A DNA stretch of 64,000 nt from the human T2T-CHM13v2.0 reference genome, Homo sapiens. Below the pieces are notes generated by a model, which saw only the letters and a list, made by a program, of their open reading frames with translations, was not told the DNA's origin and did no database searches. Of this stretch, positions 51,801-64,000 are shown in pieces. The position numbers and the translations under genes are program-made. The stretch's first letter is position 1. Each line of letters opens with the position of its first letter. The DNA lies in assembly GCF_009914755.1 (NCBI RefSeq), contig NC_060930.1, one strand, 5' to 3'.

Positions 51801-52909
51801 GTCAGAATTGAGCATCTTACAGATGCTGAATAAGGCCCTGTTTTTTTTGATTGATTGAATTTCGAAACTTTCAAGATAATGTTAATTCCAGTCCTACAGT
51901 TACAGCAACATTACAAAGATTAAGAAATCAAAGGGTTATCAGCCTGATGATTTACAGAGAACCTTGTAACCAATTTGTCATTTAAAAGAGACAGGCTTTT
52001 CAGCATTTAAGAGATTAACAATTTGAAGCATACATTCACTTGATCTAAGCCATAGACCCCTGCATTCCTACTTATTATCTTAAAACGGATCTTTTAAGCA
52101 TTGCAATTATCCATACTTTACACTGTGGATATCTGCTGCTACTTGTGTTACCTTCGTAGTGATAGTCTTTTATTAAAACTACAGACATAATCTCTATTTT
52201 AAACAACTGTAATAACGAATGTTTTAGTTAGGTTATTCAAAAAAAAGCCACATAATCACATGTATTTTCTTATAGATACAAAAATAGAAAACAAATGCAA
52301 GCTAAATATCAACTTTTTAAGCACAGGGAATATTTTTAATTCTAGGAGTTATAAATACTAACATTTACGTCTTTATGGTAAGGAAGCATTTAATTCCTAT
52401 AATAAAGAAATGAATTGTAATAAAAGTAGCACAAACTTAACATATTAATGAAATCAGAGGAAACTAGGGTCTGATGAATAGGCAGAAAGAATACAGTTTA
52501 TTTTTCTTATGTAGCCTATCTCAACAAAATCCCTAGATTATTTTTATTCATTTGAATTAAAATTTATAACTTTTACTGTAACAAGGACTTAAATCCAAAA
52601 TACAAGCTACAATTAAGAAAACTATTTTTTAAATATTTGGTAGATAATGAATTCATTCCTGCTGACTCCAACTGAATTTTAGTGAATAATTTGAATAAAA
52701 TAATACATTCTATATTTTTTGATTTCATAAACAGGATTTTGTAACCTAATATCTGCCCAAGTTATTGTGGAAAATATATTGGAAATATAACATTGCATTT
52801 TCACTCAAAAGTTTAACTTTTTTACTTACAAATAAATCATCTGAAGCCAAATATTTGTCAGAAACATTTGTAACTCAGAAAGGGTTTAAATTTTTACATT
52901 AAATGTGGG

Positions 52910-52928
52910 TAGTGCCCCCTGGTGGAAA
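52910..52928 (-). promoter_or_regulatory. Predicted CTCF binding motif
   Basis: Minus strand TTTCCACCAGGGGGCACTA versus consensus TGGCCACCAGGGGGCGCTA; an isolated GC patch in very AT-rich unique DNA. Confidence 0.7.
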
Positions 52929-54637
52929 TATGTCAAAAAAAGCTTTGATAATGTTTATACTTTCTCTCATCTAAAATCACAGATTCAAAGATTTGAGAAC
53001 ATTATCAAAGTAATAAACATGTTTTAATTATTAAAGTTAATTAAATAATGTTTCATTAATTAGTGTTTAATTAATTAATTAGTATTTTATGTAGGCTGGT
53101 ATAAAACAGTGTCTTTGAATGTTTGTGCAATAACACCCATACCTCAATGACACACCAGTTTGAATTCATTTACATTATATTTCGCACTTTAAAATTAAAT
53201 TATTAAAGGAATCCTTCTGTTGTTGAAATATTACCTGATCACGTTCCAATTATTTGAGTATTCTATATACTTTCAGTATTGTGAAGGCAAAAATGTTGAA
53301 TGACAACTCAGTTGCTGTACATTCAATGTTCAGTAAAATGTGTGGCATAGGGAAGAACTCAATGGAAATTTATTGTGATTTATTCTACAAATTTCAGCAA
53401 GATCCTTAAAGATAGGATTTTTGCATGCAGATGCTACCTTGGAAATTGGCATCTATATATTAAATACTGCATAAATATTTCTGGTGATTAACTCACTAAT
53501 ATTAAGATATTTGCTCTTATGCCTTGCTGGACATAAAACAATACTAGCGAACATTCTATAGTCTTGAGCAATATTCAAAATATTCAATATTCATATGAAG
53601 TACATAGAAACTTACCCTTTTAAGACCTTGTCAAAATCTGAATAAATGGCATGAGACACAATTTAAAGGATTAATGGTAAAATGTTTGATCTTCTGGTTC
53701 AAAGGAGTTAAATTATTCTGAAGCGATATCACTAAGTTATCCCTATAGCAAACTATTTTATTACTTCAAAGATTTATTTATACTTTTCAACAGCTATGAA
53801 AGGCATCTGTGACTAAACACCAGAAATTTAAAGTAGGTACTGAGTTAGAACTGTCACCACACTCAATGAAGAATGAGAATTCATGATTGTTAATGTTAAA
53901 TAACAATCGCTCTTTTTGCTTTTAAATTACAGAATAATGGAAAACCTTCAGGAATTAACTATTTCATTTATCTACCATCATTCCCATAAATTGAACAATT
54001 GTTGAAAAATCACTGCATGGAAAATAGGGAATGTTCATTATTTTTTGTCATGTTGTCTGCTATCCTCTATGAGATATTTGCACCAAAATTTAAGGGTTTT
54101 TTTTTTTTGTCAGAATAGCAGAGTCATAAAAAATGTTTACAAATGTAAAAAGAAATATCCTAAGGTCTTGAGCTTTGACTATAAAATACAAACTAGAAAA
54201 AGGTAAATTTTCACATGTGAAGTAACTATTGTGAGGAACAATTACCTGACAGTATTAGTCACAGGTTATTCAAGAAGAAAGTATTTAATAAGCATGTTTG
54301 TGCTTCTTTATGATCAACACTTTGAATATGTGTGTATGAGAAAATGTTTATACAGTGTGAATTTAATACCTTATTCTAGCCTTCTGTTCTGATCATACTT
54401 ATAAGCATTTGAAATTCAATGACAAATTCAGCTATTGTATTTTCAAGTGTTTACTTCATATTCTGTCTAAACAACCATAAAAATAATACAGTGATTTGAG
54501 GGCTAAATTATTTGGAGTAACTCAAGAAGTATAGAAAAATGAATATCAATATATCAAAGAGAATATTTAAAAATAAAGCATGCAAGGGTCCTGGGGCTGA
54601 AAAACATAAAAATAAAGCAAAAGTTAAACATACTCAC

Positions 54638-55008
54638 TGTATTAGTCCATTTTCACACTGCTATAAAGAAACTACCTGAGAATGGATAATTTATAAACAA
54701 AAGAGGTTTAATTGACTCACAGTTCTGCATGGCTGGAGAGGCCTCAGGAAACCTACTATTATGGCAGAAGGCAAAGGGGAAGCAGGCACCTTCTTCACAA
54801 GACAGCAGGAGAGAGAGAGAGTACACAGGGGAAAACTGTCACTTTTAAAAACCATCAAATCTCATAAGAACTCCCTCACTATCATGAGAATAGAATAGGG
54901 GAAACTGCCCTCATGATCTAATCACCTCCCTCCAGGTCCCTCCCTCAACACGTGGGGATTGCAATTCAAGATGAAATTGGAGGGGGAACACAGAGCCAAA
55001 CCATATCA
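54638..55008 (-). mobile_element. THE1D-type MaLR solo LTR
   Basis: TGTATTAGTCCATTTTCACACTGCTATAAAG...CAGAGCCAAACCATATCA. Perfect 5-bp TSD CTCAC at 54633-54637 and 55009-55013. Confidence 0.9.
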
Positions 55009-55740
55009 CTCACAAACTCTCAAATTAATTAAGGTAAATTTTATAATGCACAACTTTCCAAGATCAGGAAAATCTTATTTATATTATAAAAAGATATTAC
55101 CAAGAAGGCAAAGTAAGAGAAATCAGTCTTCATTCCTACACACACATAAAAACAAATTTAAACAGCTATTTACAAATTAAAATAGCTCAGAGGGCTCAAA
55201 GGAGCATGAAAGAATCTGCAGAAACACAATAGGAAAATGAAAAAAGGAAAAGGAAAAGAAGAGAGAAGGAGCATATAGACAGAATTCCTGGTGAAGATTG
55301 GCAAACTTGAGATGCCAAGAGAAAGCTAGGAGCAAAGAAGGGCAGAAGCCAGTGACATCTACCACATGCCAAGAACTACCCTAGTCCCAATGGCCTGCTT
55401 CTTAGAGGACACTGGCATCTCTTGCCATCGGTTACCAACAGCCATTCCTGCTGGGGAACCTTAGAGAGGGAGACATGGCCCCACACCCGATCCCTACCTA
55501 AGAAGTAGCAGCTGTCGAGCCACTTTGGAAAAGAAGCTTTCACCTCTCCTAATTCTATGCATGCCATGACTCTGGAGCTAGAACTGCTCAAAGAGTGCCC
55601 ACACCCAGACCTAGTCTCTGTTGCTACTCTTAGGCACTGGATCAGCTGACATGGAGAGCTAACTACCACCCTAACCCCTGACCCACGGAAGCTAGCACAT
55701 GTCTACACTCATAATTATTTTGGAGAGCTTTGTTCATGCT

Positions 55741-56370
55741 TTGATTTGTTTTTGTATTTTTGTGTGTGTTGTAGAGATTGGAGTCTTGCTGTGTTGCCCA
55801 GTCTGTAATGCCAGCAGGCAGACAAGCCCCAATATTGAGGCTTAGCCCAGGAGGCTTCTGGGCTTCACCTAGAAGAAAATTTGAGGGTGAGCTGATGGTG
55901 TTAAACAACGATCTTTTATTGACTGGAACTGCTCCTTGTGGAGCATTGCTAACTCACAGGGAGTGTGCTCAGAGCCACTTATGACTGTTGGCAACTGTAT
56001 TTATGGCCACTTATTTCCACTTTCAATTACATGCAAATTAAAGTGTGGATTAATGCAAATTGAGGGGTGAGTTATTCAGAATTTTCTAGGAAAGAAGCAG
56101 TAACTTCTGGGTCATTTCAATGGAAAGAGGCAGTAGCTTCTGGGTCATGGCTATAGTATTTGTAAACTGTCATGGCACTAGTGGGAATGTTTTATGCTAA
56201 TAACCAATGGGGGCAACTAGGGATCACTTTTGTCTCCATCTGCTGGTTCCTGCCAGCTTCTTCACTTCATCCCATTGGGGCTGGAAAATAAGTTCTGTCC
56301 ATTTCCTACCCCATCTGGACTTGAACTCCTATGCTCAAGCTGGGGCTATAGGTGCATGGAACCACACTGA
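55741..56370 (-). mobile_element. Old Alu monomer/fragment (FLAM/AluJ-like) interrupted by MER41
   Basis: GTAGAGATTGGAGTCTTGCTGTGTTGCCCAG-TCTG-GACTTGAACTCCTATGCTCAAGC rejoins into Alu antisense sequence once the LTR is removed. Confidence 0.7.
55806..56313 (-). mobile_element. MER41-family (MER41E-like) ERV1 solo LTR with 4-bp TSD TCTG
   Basis: Minus strand TGGGGTAGGA...GATGAAGTGAAGAAGCTGGCAGGAACCAGCAGATGG...GCCATGACAGTTTACAAAT...GGGCTAAGCC. TCTG at 55802-55805 and 56314-56317. Confidence 0.82.
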
Positions 56371-56379
56371 GTTTTTTAT

Positions 56380-58620
56380 GTTTTGATGTATAATTCTAGT
56401 TAATTATTTCATAGTGGTATAGTATCTCATTTTACTGGTGTTCTACAATTTATTGATTAATTTTCCTGTGGATGACATTTAAGTTGTATCAGTTAGGAAA
56501 GGCTAGGTTTTTACTGGAATAGGAAAACAACCCCAAAATACCAGAAAAAAAGTTTTTTTCTTGCTTAGATAGAGTCTACTATAGCTTAAGGAGATGCTCA
56601 GCTCCACAGTGTACTCAGAGATCCAAGTGATAAAGGTTTTCTACCTGGAAAATTGTGGCCACTGTGGCAATGGGGAGTGAAACAGGGAAATTATGCTATT
56701 CACTTCCATCCCATGTTTGCTGGCTAGAACCAGTCATGTTCAGCTGAGAAAAGTAGGTTCTATAGACTCAAAAAGGAAAAGAGAACCAGGTATTGATAAG
56801 CAGTAGTAATATTGATTACTGTTTCTCGTTTTTACTACTGCAAACCCTGTTGATGTCTCATTGTGTCACGTGAAAGAAATTACCTAGGAGTGAAAGTGCT
56901 TGGCTTAGGAAATACGGCCTTTTCAGCTTTCTTAAGTAACACATAAATTGCATTTTCAAAGAGTGCTACTGCCCTCCCACCTCGAAAGGATGAGTCCCTG
57001 TTTCTCATATTTCCTTCCAATAGTAGGTGCTGTGAGCCCTTTTTCTCCCCATCTGATTGGCATCCATGGTATTTTGTTGTGATTTTAATTCACATCAGTT
57101 TGATTGTGGTTAATGTTGAATAACCTTTTGGATTTTGGACACTCAGGGTTTGTATTTTGTGAGTTATCTATTTATGCCCTTTGCTCATTTTTCTATTGTC
57201 TTTTCTTATTAATTTTAGAAGCTGTCTACATATAATGATTACATGCATGACAAATATTTCTTCAAGTTTGTGGATTATCTTCTCAGTTTTTATCATGCCT
57301 TTAGATGAACAGAAGTTCTTTTTTCACAAATTTAATGCAATCAAATTATCAACATTTTCCTTTATAACTGGTACTGTTTTCTTTAAAAACAACAATAAAA
57401 TTTACACCAGCATTACAGACATTCACTTCTCTTCTAAAAATAGTAATTTTTTTTCACATTTAGCTTAATTTCCATGTAATTTCTTATGTTATTCCCAAAG
57501 TAAATCAATTTTGATATAGATAACTAGTTGCCTAAAGATCATTTATTAAATAATACACTCTTTGAGTATAAGCCAAATGTAAGATGCTGAACATATGAAG
57601 GTGTTTTCTTCAATTCTGTCTTTCACTAGTTAATCAATATATCTATCCATGGGCCTTTATACAACTAACAGTAAATCTTGGTATCTAGTAAGACAAGCAT
57701 CCTTGCTTTTTTCTTTTAGTTAAAAAAATTTGGGGCAGTTTTTGGTTCTTTACTCTTCTTGACAAATGTCAGAATCACCTAACAATGTCTATGGAAAACT
57801 CTGTCAGGATTTTGAATAGAGTTCCAATAAATTCTTAAGCTATTTGGGGAAAATTAATCATTTTATGATAATAAGTTTTAAAAATTACCATGGTGTCAGT
57901 TCATTTTAAGGACACCTGTTCATTTATTTAGAATTTTGCAAATGTCTAGTAACTAATTAATTTCTCTATTAAATATTTTGTCAGTTTTACACATAGTAGC
58001 TTTCATTTCATTATTTTTGTTGTTACAATAAAAGACATAATTTTAAAAATTACATTTTTAATAATTTTGTGACTATGAGAATGAAATTGATTGTTATATA
58101 TAGATATATAAAATTAATGCCAAAGATGCTGTATTTTCTCATACATTTTTGTATAAAAAATTTTATCACCTATAAATAATGATAATTCTATTCCTTCCTT
58201 GTATATTTTATTAATTATTCCTGTGTTACTCTACTTGCTAGGGCATACTGCAATAATACTGAATGTAATCAAGGAAGCAAACATTCTTAACTATTGTCAA
58301 ATTTTAACAGAATGCTTCTAATATTTTACCAGTAATTATAATACGTATTATGAATGTTTAGCATTTATTCTTTATTATCATTGAACATGTTGAAAGTGTT
58401 TCCTTTGTTGAAGATATTCCTTGTTAGCTACAGTTTTTATCAAGAATATGTACTAATTTTATCAAATGTGATTATTTGTGTCTATTGATGTGATCAAACT
58501 TTTTTTAACTTTCTTTTTAAATATCCAATATTATCCTTTTATTACTGGGGTTATCTCCACTTTTATTACATGATTATAGTCTGTATTAGAGCTTTTGCAT
58601 TTATAAGTGAGATTGATCTA
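56380..58620 (-). mobile_element. Old L1M (L1ME-like) fragments, antisense
   Basis: T-rich antisense L1 3'/ORF2 signatures such as GGATGACATTTAAGTTGT, TACCTAGGAGTGAAA, GTTGTGATTTTAATTCACAT, TTTGCTCATTTTTCTATTG, TTAGATGAACAGAAGTTCTT. Confidence 0.7.
56486..56815 (-). mobile_element. MLT1-family (J/K/L-like) MaLR LTR within the L1M
   Basis: TGTATCAGTTAGGAAAGGCTAGGTT...AAACAACCCCAAAAT...CACTTCCATCCCATGTTTGCTGGCTAGAACCAGTCATG. Confidence 0.6.
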
Positions 58621-58631
58621 CATTTTTTTAA

Positions 58632-58926
58632 TTTTTTTTTTTTTTTTTTGATACAGAGTCTTGCTCTGTTGCCAGGCTAGAGTGCAGTGGTGATCTCGGC
58701 TCATGGCAACCTCAGCCTCCTGGGTTCAAGCAATTCTCGTGCCTCAGCCTCCCGAGTAGCTGGGACTACAGGCGCCTGCCATCATGCCTGGCTAATTTTT
58801 GTATTTTTAGTAGAGGTGGTGTTTCACCATGTTGTGCAGGATGGTCTCGATCTCCTGACCTCGTGATCTGCCCGCCTTGGCCTCCCAAAGTGCTGGTATT
58901 ACAGGTGTGAGCCACCATGCCTGGAA
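58632..58926 (-). mobile_element. Full-length Alu, AluSc-like
   Basis: Poly-T head, both arms present, TGTTGCCAGGCT and GATCTCCTGACCTCGTGATC diagnostics, flanked by C(A/G)TTTTT..AA TSD-like sequence. Confidence 0.92.
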
Positions 58927-60771
58927 CGTTTTTAAAATTCTTACACTAGATTTGTCTGATTTAGGTCATTGGTTATACGGACTACATGAAAATAGTGGGA
59001 AAGTTTTTTCTCCTTTTCTCTTTTCTGAAAGAGTTTCTGTAATATTTCAATTGTTGTACCATAAACATTTAGAGAACATACCTCAAAAACCCAATCTACT
59101 ACTGTCTAGACATTTAAATATTCTTTGAAAAAGATGAAAGCATTTCTGAAATAAAAAAGCAACTCACAAAATAAAATGTAAGAACATGTATGATGAAACT
59201 TCTTTAAAATGAGATTTCTCTATATCTCAGAAAAGGTAAAATAATATTAATAGTACTGATATTTGTGGTAAAATGACCACTTTCATAAATAATTGGTATA
59301 CATATAAATTGGTACCATCTTATTTATTATAGTTATTGATAGGTTTTTTTAATACACCTAAGAACTTAGAAGAAATATAATTACCATTGTAATGATGACA
59401 ATTATTACCAATATACTGTCTGTTATCCCCATAATACCTATTCTAGTGTTTTGAATTGAGTAGGATCTCAGATTTGTTTTTCACTAATAAATAAATAATT
59501 GTATCTGAATTACTTGTGTGCTAGAATGTCAAAATATGAAAAATGATATTTGTATACCTATGCTTTTCATTGTCACAAATATTTAGATTATAAAATAAAC
59601 CAAAAGTCAACTTCTGACATTCTCCATGGGTGCTAAGTTATAACATCAACTCAAGTGTAGGTTTTATGGACAATTAGTAATCTGTCCAATAGCCTATGAT
59701 AACTTTTAACTTTTTTCTCTTTTCCTATGTAAAGTCAAAATGTCCTGTAGTTCATCAAATATCTTTCTGGAGAGCTAATATCATGAATGTTTCCTCAGCT
59801 TGCTAAAAATAGTCATTTGACCCTGCTTAAGGAAGCATAGTGCCCAGCCTAAATATCTTGTTACTGAAGATAGAGTGTTATGGTCAATTAGCTTGGCTCA
59901 ATGCAAAATAAAAATTTATTTGGAGAAGCTTCAGTAAGAAAATTTGAGAAAGAGTTTACCATCACAATTTTTTTCATTTCCCCTGATGAGACAAATCAAC
60001 TCCATGATGGTGATTTAATGGTGCAATCAGCAGTGTGTCAAACCTGATTGATGTGTCTCTTCAGAGTCTGCCAGGTGACTTCATCATCAAAATTTCAAAC
60101 AAATTTTCCCTAAAGACCCTCTGACTAACCATACCCAAATAAATTCTTTTAGTCATTGTCTTTTATTTCGTCCTTGAAACTAGATGATATTTTTGTTCAA
60201 CCCCTTTGCTTTGAATTGAATAACACACAGTGACCTCAAGATATTATTTATGATAGAGAACTACACTTAAACAATTCAAAATGTCAAATGTGTAGTCATG
60301 TGGCAAAAAGTGATTTCTCTGTGGAAACTTAAGTAAGAAGGTAATAAATGTAATTTTCACAAAACACCAGTTTTAATAGCTATCAATGTGTTATAAACAC
60401 AATGAAATTTACAACTGATACTGAGTCAGCACTCAATTACCTTCCCTCCTTAGCTCTCACCTCTATGGATTCAGAGTTGCTGCTTAGGAAGATGAAGTGT
60501 ACATCACCAGTATAAACATTAGTTAACTGTCATCACAATTCAAGGGTAAATCAAATTACACAGTCACAACAAAATAACATTTTCTTCTTTCTTCATCATC
60601 TGCACATTTTGGAAAGTTTTACTAAAGTTTTACAAATTTCAAGAACATTTGTGCAACTTAACTTGCACTCCCTACTTGGCCTCAAAAGGCCTTCAAACAT
60701 GGAAGAGTGGCAGCAAGAATATGTAGACTGTGGTGTCTGAGAAGTTACAGGAAATGATGTGAGATTCATCT

Positions 60772-60890
60772 AAAGTCTTGCTACTCAAGTATGGATCAGC
60801 CGTGTGGACATTGCTTGAGATCTTGTTAAGAATTCAGAAACTCAGTCCCACCCCCAAATTATGTGAGCATTAAAGTTGAAAAAGCACTAG
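60772..60890. mobile_element. MER5-family DNA transposon remnant
   Basis: GCTACTCAAGTATGG...CTTGTTAAGAATTCAGAAACTCAGTCCCACCCC...CATTAAAGTTGAAAAGCACT. Confidence 0.6.
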
Positions 60891-60904
60891 CTTAAAAAAT
60901 TACT

Positions 60905-61090
60905 TTACTGGATTTGAATAAATGAGACGGATGGCTGCTTTACTTTCTAGCCACACAGCTAGGGTCAATCCCCTTAACCTGTCTGAGTCTCAGGTTCCAA
61001 ATCAATTAAATAATTAATGTATCACCTGTGCCGACACCTGAATGGAATTGTTAGGAAGATCAAATCATGACACACAATAAGGTATTTCAC
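60905..61090 (+). mobile_element. MIR fragment
   Basis: CTTAACCTGTCTGAGTCTCAGGTTCC...TTGTTAGGAAGATCAAAT. Confidence 0.55.
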
Positions 61091-61129
61091 AACAGTGGAC
61101 TCATCTCCATTCAATTGTAAAGATGTGGA

Positions 61130-61252
61130 CAGGGTCCTCTGTTAGCATGTGGTGAACACATATCATGAATGAGAAATAAATATTTTTTGCTTGCAGACTT
61201 GGAGATTTTGAAGTGAGACATTAATTAACCAAGTCTATCTTGACTGACAGAC
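61130..61252 (+). mobile_element. MLT1 LTR 3' fragment
   Basis: ATGAATGAGAAATAAATATTTTTTGCTT...GAGATTTTG...CTATCTTGACTGACAGACA. Confidence 0.5.
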
Positions 61253-62191
61253 ACATTTGCTTTTCAGTTCCAAGCTTCAAGACTGCAAGTGCATTTTAGA
61301 TACTTCAGTGAAGCTGTAAGTCTTTTAGGCAAACACTCACAAAGTATGTACTTTAGAATAACAAAAAAGATGCTGTGAATAATTTGAATTATTTTAACAG
61401 ACTCAGTCTCTCTAATCTAGCTTTGCCTCTTCAATCTGCCTTACATGGCCTACCAAACCAATCTTCCTCAAAGACTCTGTAACTTGAGATTTTTCTAGTC
61501 CTTAGTTCTGATTACATAGTCTAGCTGAGGATTGTAGACACATCTCATGGAATTCTCCATATTTCAAGTCACATATTGAAAATTAATTACCACAAGTTTC
61601 ACTAAAGAGGCAAGATATGTCTTTATAATCATTTTAACTCAGAAAATTTGAAAGCTTCTAATAATCCATCAACATATACGAGACAGATTAAATACATCTG
61701 CTATCATTTATCTAAATTCTTTAAGTTAATGTCCTAAATGAACACTTTCTGATCTCATTCTTTTAATTTTTATTTTCATTTCCTACAACTCCTCAAAAAA
61801 CAACACTTTCTCAAACAAGAACACTCTATTCCTTTCCAACACATGAAATACAATAATGTGAGGTATGATTGGGAACTTTTCTTTCTCTAGAGTTTATAAA
61901 GTAGATTATAGTCAAGATAGCAGCTTCTTGAGAACTAGTTTGCAAAAATGCTCAGCTCTCGTCCTAAGACATTTATGTCACCAGGTCTGAAAGTCTAGTT
62001 GGTTTATCTGTCTTTATAAATGAGAAATATAAGAAAGGAAAAGAATGCACAAACTAACTAGGTTTCTTGTGAATCACTAAACTAGCCAAAGGACCAAAAA
62101 TACAAGATCAGCGTGACTCTGAGGGATGTGAGATTATGGTTCCGCACTAAAGAGCTAAAATAAATGACATAATATTAACAATAATGACCAT

Positions 62192-62437
62192 AATAATAGC
62201 TATAATATATTGAGTACTTACTATGTGACAGCTACTGTGAAAAAGTCTTCACTTGCATTTAGTTCTTCCAACATCCCTTTAAGACTGACAAGTTTTATAA
62301 TTATTACCATTTTACAGACAGGAAAACAGAGTCAAGAGAGTTTTGTAAACCTATCCGAGGTCACATAGCTATTATATTTTGAAAATACGACTTTCTGTCC
62401 CCAGAGCTTACATAGTTAACCCTTTCCTCTAGACTGC
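62192..62437 (-). mobile_element. Near full-length MIR
   Basis: AATAATAGCT...ATTGAGTACTTACTATGTG...CCATTTTACAGACAGGAAAACAGAG...CCGAGGTCACATAGCTA...CCCAGAGC. Confidence 0.8.
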
Positions 62438-63121
62438 TCTATAAAGTAAGAAAATGGTAGTCACCCTCCTTGGAATAATGAGAGAAAAGAAAAATCAATA
62501 ACCGAGTAAGAGTTGTATCTCAGCTCCAGATCCAATTCCAATTTCAAGTATCCACTTAACCTTGGATAGCACCACTGTTTCTTGAAAGCCAAAATCCATT
62601 GAGTATTTTGTGGTCCACCATCTCTTACAAAGCAGATACTCTATTGAATAGTAAGCTACGAACTGAATTTCTGTACCTGTAATCATTTTATTTATTTACA
62701 AATATTTGTTAGTGACTGAATCTGCATACATATATTTTGTAAAACAAAGAATCCTTTTCATGGAAGCAACAACTTGCTATTAATCTGTTTGTTTTTATTT
62801 GAGATTTTTATATATTGATATTTTTCAACAGCCAATCTTTAGGCAAATTGGATTTCTCATTTCTCTCAACTGGTTATATTTTTGAAAATCATATTAAAAA
62901 CTTTGAATTAGTTTCATTATTATGCAATGTTAAGGCCTGATTAATTTAAAAGTTTCCTAAGTTTCAATTTTCAATATCTAGTCATCTATGAAGTTGGAAA
63001 TACTGAAAACCAGTTTTAAAAGAGACACAAAGATGAGAACCAAATAGTCCTAAGCAATTGTTATAACTGTTCTTGGCATTTTTGTGATGTGGCAAATAAA
63101 TGCAGAAAATGGCTAATATAT

Positions 63122-63345
63122 TGATAAAGCACTGCTTTGGTTATCAAAAGATTTTAGCTACAGTTTATATTTACTAGTTATACAACTTTGAATTGTTCCC
63201 TTAACTTCTCTGAGATATTGTTTACTCATTTATAAAATTGGACTTATATTCCCTGCCCTAATAACTGCTTGAGATTATTGTAGACATACAATATGGTTAG
63301 GAATATAAAAAAGTTTTATACAGTATAAATTGTTATAAAAAATAA
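63122..63345 (+). mobile_element. MIR (MIRc-like)
   Basis: AAAGCACTGCTTTGG...TTTACTAGTTATACAACTTTG...CTTAACTTCTCTGAG...TTTTACTCATTTATAAAATTGG. Confidence 0.7.
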
Positions 63346-63582
63346 AGCTTTGTTATAAGTGTAAATGCTAATTTTCCTTTTGAATATCTGTTGTTAAAAC
63401 TGCAAACACTGAGAATTAATATAGCCCAGATTAGGTATTTTATCAAAAAAAGTAGATAAAAGCCTGTTCCTTAATTGCCTATTTTGCCTTTATGACCACA
63501 ACATTTATTGTACACCCTTTGCTTCTCTTGGACTTTATTACTATCTACATAATCTGCTAAGACCTAAAGAGGAAACAGGGAA

Positions 63583-63632
63583 TGTGTGAGTGTGTGTGTG
63601 AGAGTGTGTGTCTGTATGTGTACATGTGTGTA
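63583..63632. repeat. Imperfect (TG)n microsatellite
   Basis: TGTGTGAGTGTGTGTGTGAGAGTGTGTGTCTGTATGTGTACATGTGTGTA. Confidence 0.85.
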
Positions 63633-64000
63633 TACAGAAAGTGATTAAGAATAAGGAGGAGTGATAATATTGCTAACTTTTGAAGCCCTTGATGTAAATC
63701 ATTCTGATGTTAGCTACTGAGTGCTTATCCAAATGGAATTCATAATTATAATCAAATGTATAAAAATATAGTTATCAATTGTACCTTTGTATGATTGGCT
63801 AGTACACTGTTGTGAAGTAACTCAACTCAATAAACATTATAAAGTTCTTCTGAATATTCCTTTTAGTCTTTATTTTATATATAGAACAAGACATTTAAAA
63901 AGAACTATAATATTTTAGTGAAAAATGACTACATGCCTCATTCATAGGTTAGCTATATTTTGAAGCCTCCTAATTCAATTCATTTGATTATTTGGCATCC

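Noticed and set aside
53020-53085. Cluster of TAAT/TTAATTAA motifs
   Set aside because: Expected in very AT-rich low-complexity DNA; there is no independent support for function.
54959-59128. Short ORFs in the flank
   Set aside because: Most overlap THE1D, MER41, L1M or Alu sequence, and none has coding features.

Overview
Primate (simian) nuclear DNA with no credible protein-coding gene. Bases 1 to ~45,571 are one large, diverged satellite array of the SATR1/SATR2 type. The monomer is ~75 bp, with a by-eye consensus of GATGATATTACTCCCAATATCGCAGGGGGTGTACACCCCCCTGTGATATTGTTCCTAATATCCAGGGGGGAGAG. The array has five alternating orientation blocks, a ~1.2-kb (16-monomer) higher-order repeat, multi-kb duplicated blocks (one at a ~15.8-kb offset), GC-rich monomer variants next to inversion junctions, and one solo LTR22 (HERV-K HML-5) insertion with a perfect 6-bp target-site duplication (TSD). 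The main observation is that ~58 of the 75 bp form an extended imperfect palindrome whose two arms change together, in a stepwise compensatory way, across monomer variants. The block junctions fall at fold-backs or at the GATATT box, and several micro-rearrangements are fold-backs. This points to hairpin-templated (template-switch) evolution or a constraint on the structure. Bases ~45,572-64,000 are ordinary AT-rich intergenic/intronic DNA with MIR, L2, MER5A, L1M, MLT1, MSTA, THE1D, MER41, an LTR47-like LTR, an AluSc, and a strong CTCF motif facing the array. All ORFs in the supplied track look spurious. Repeat family names are from memory of consensus sequences, not from a database search.
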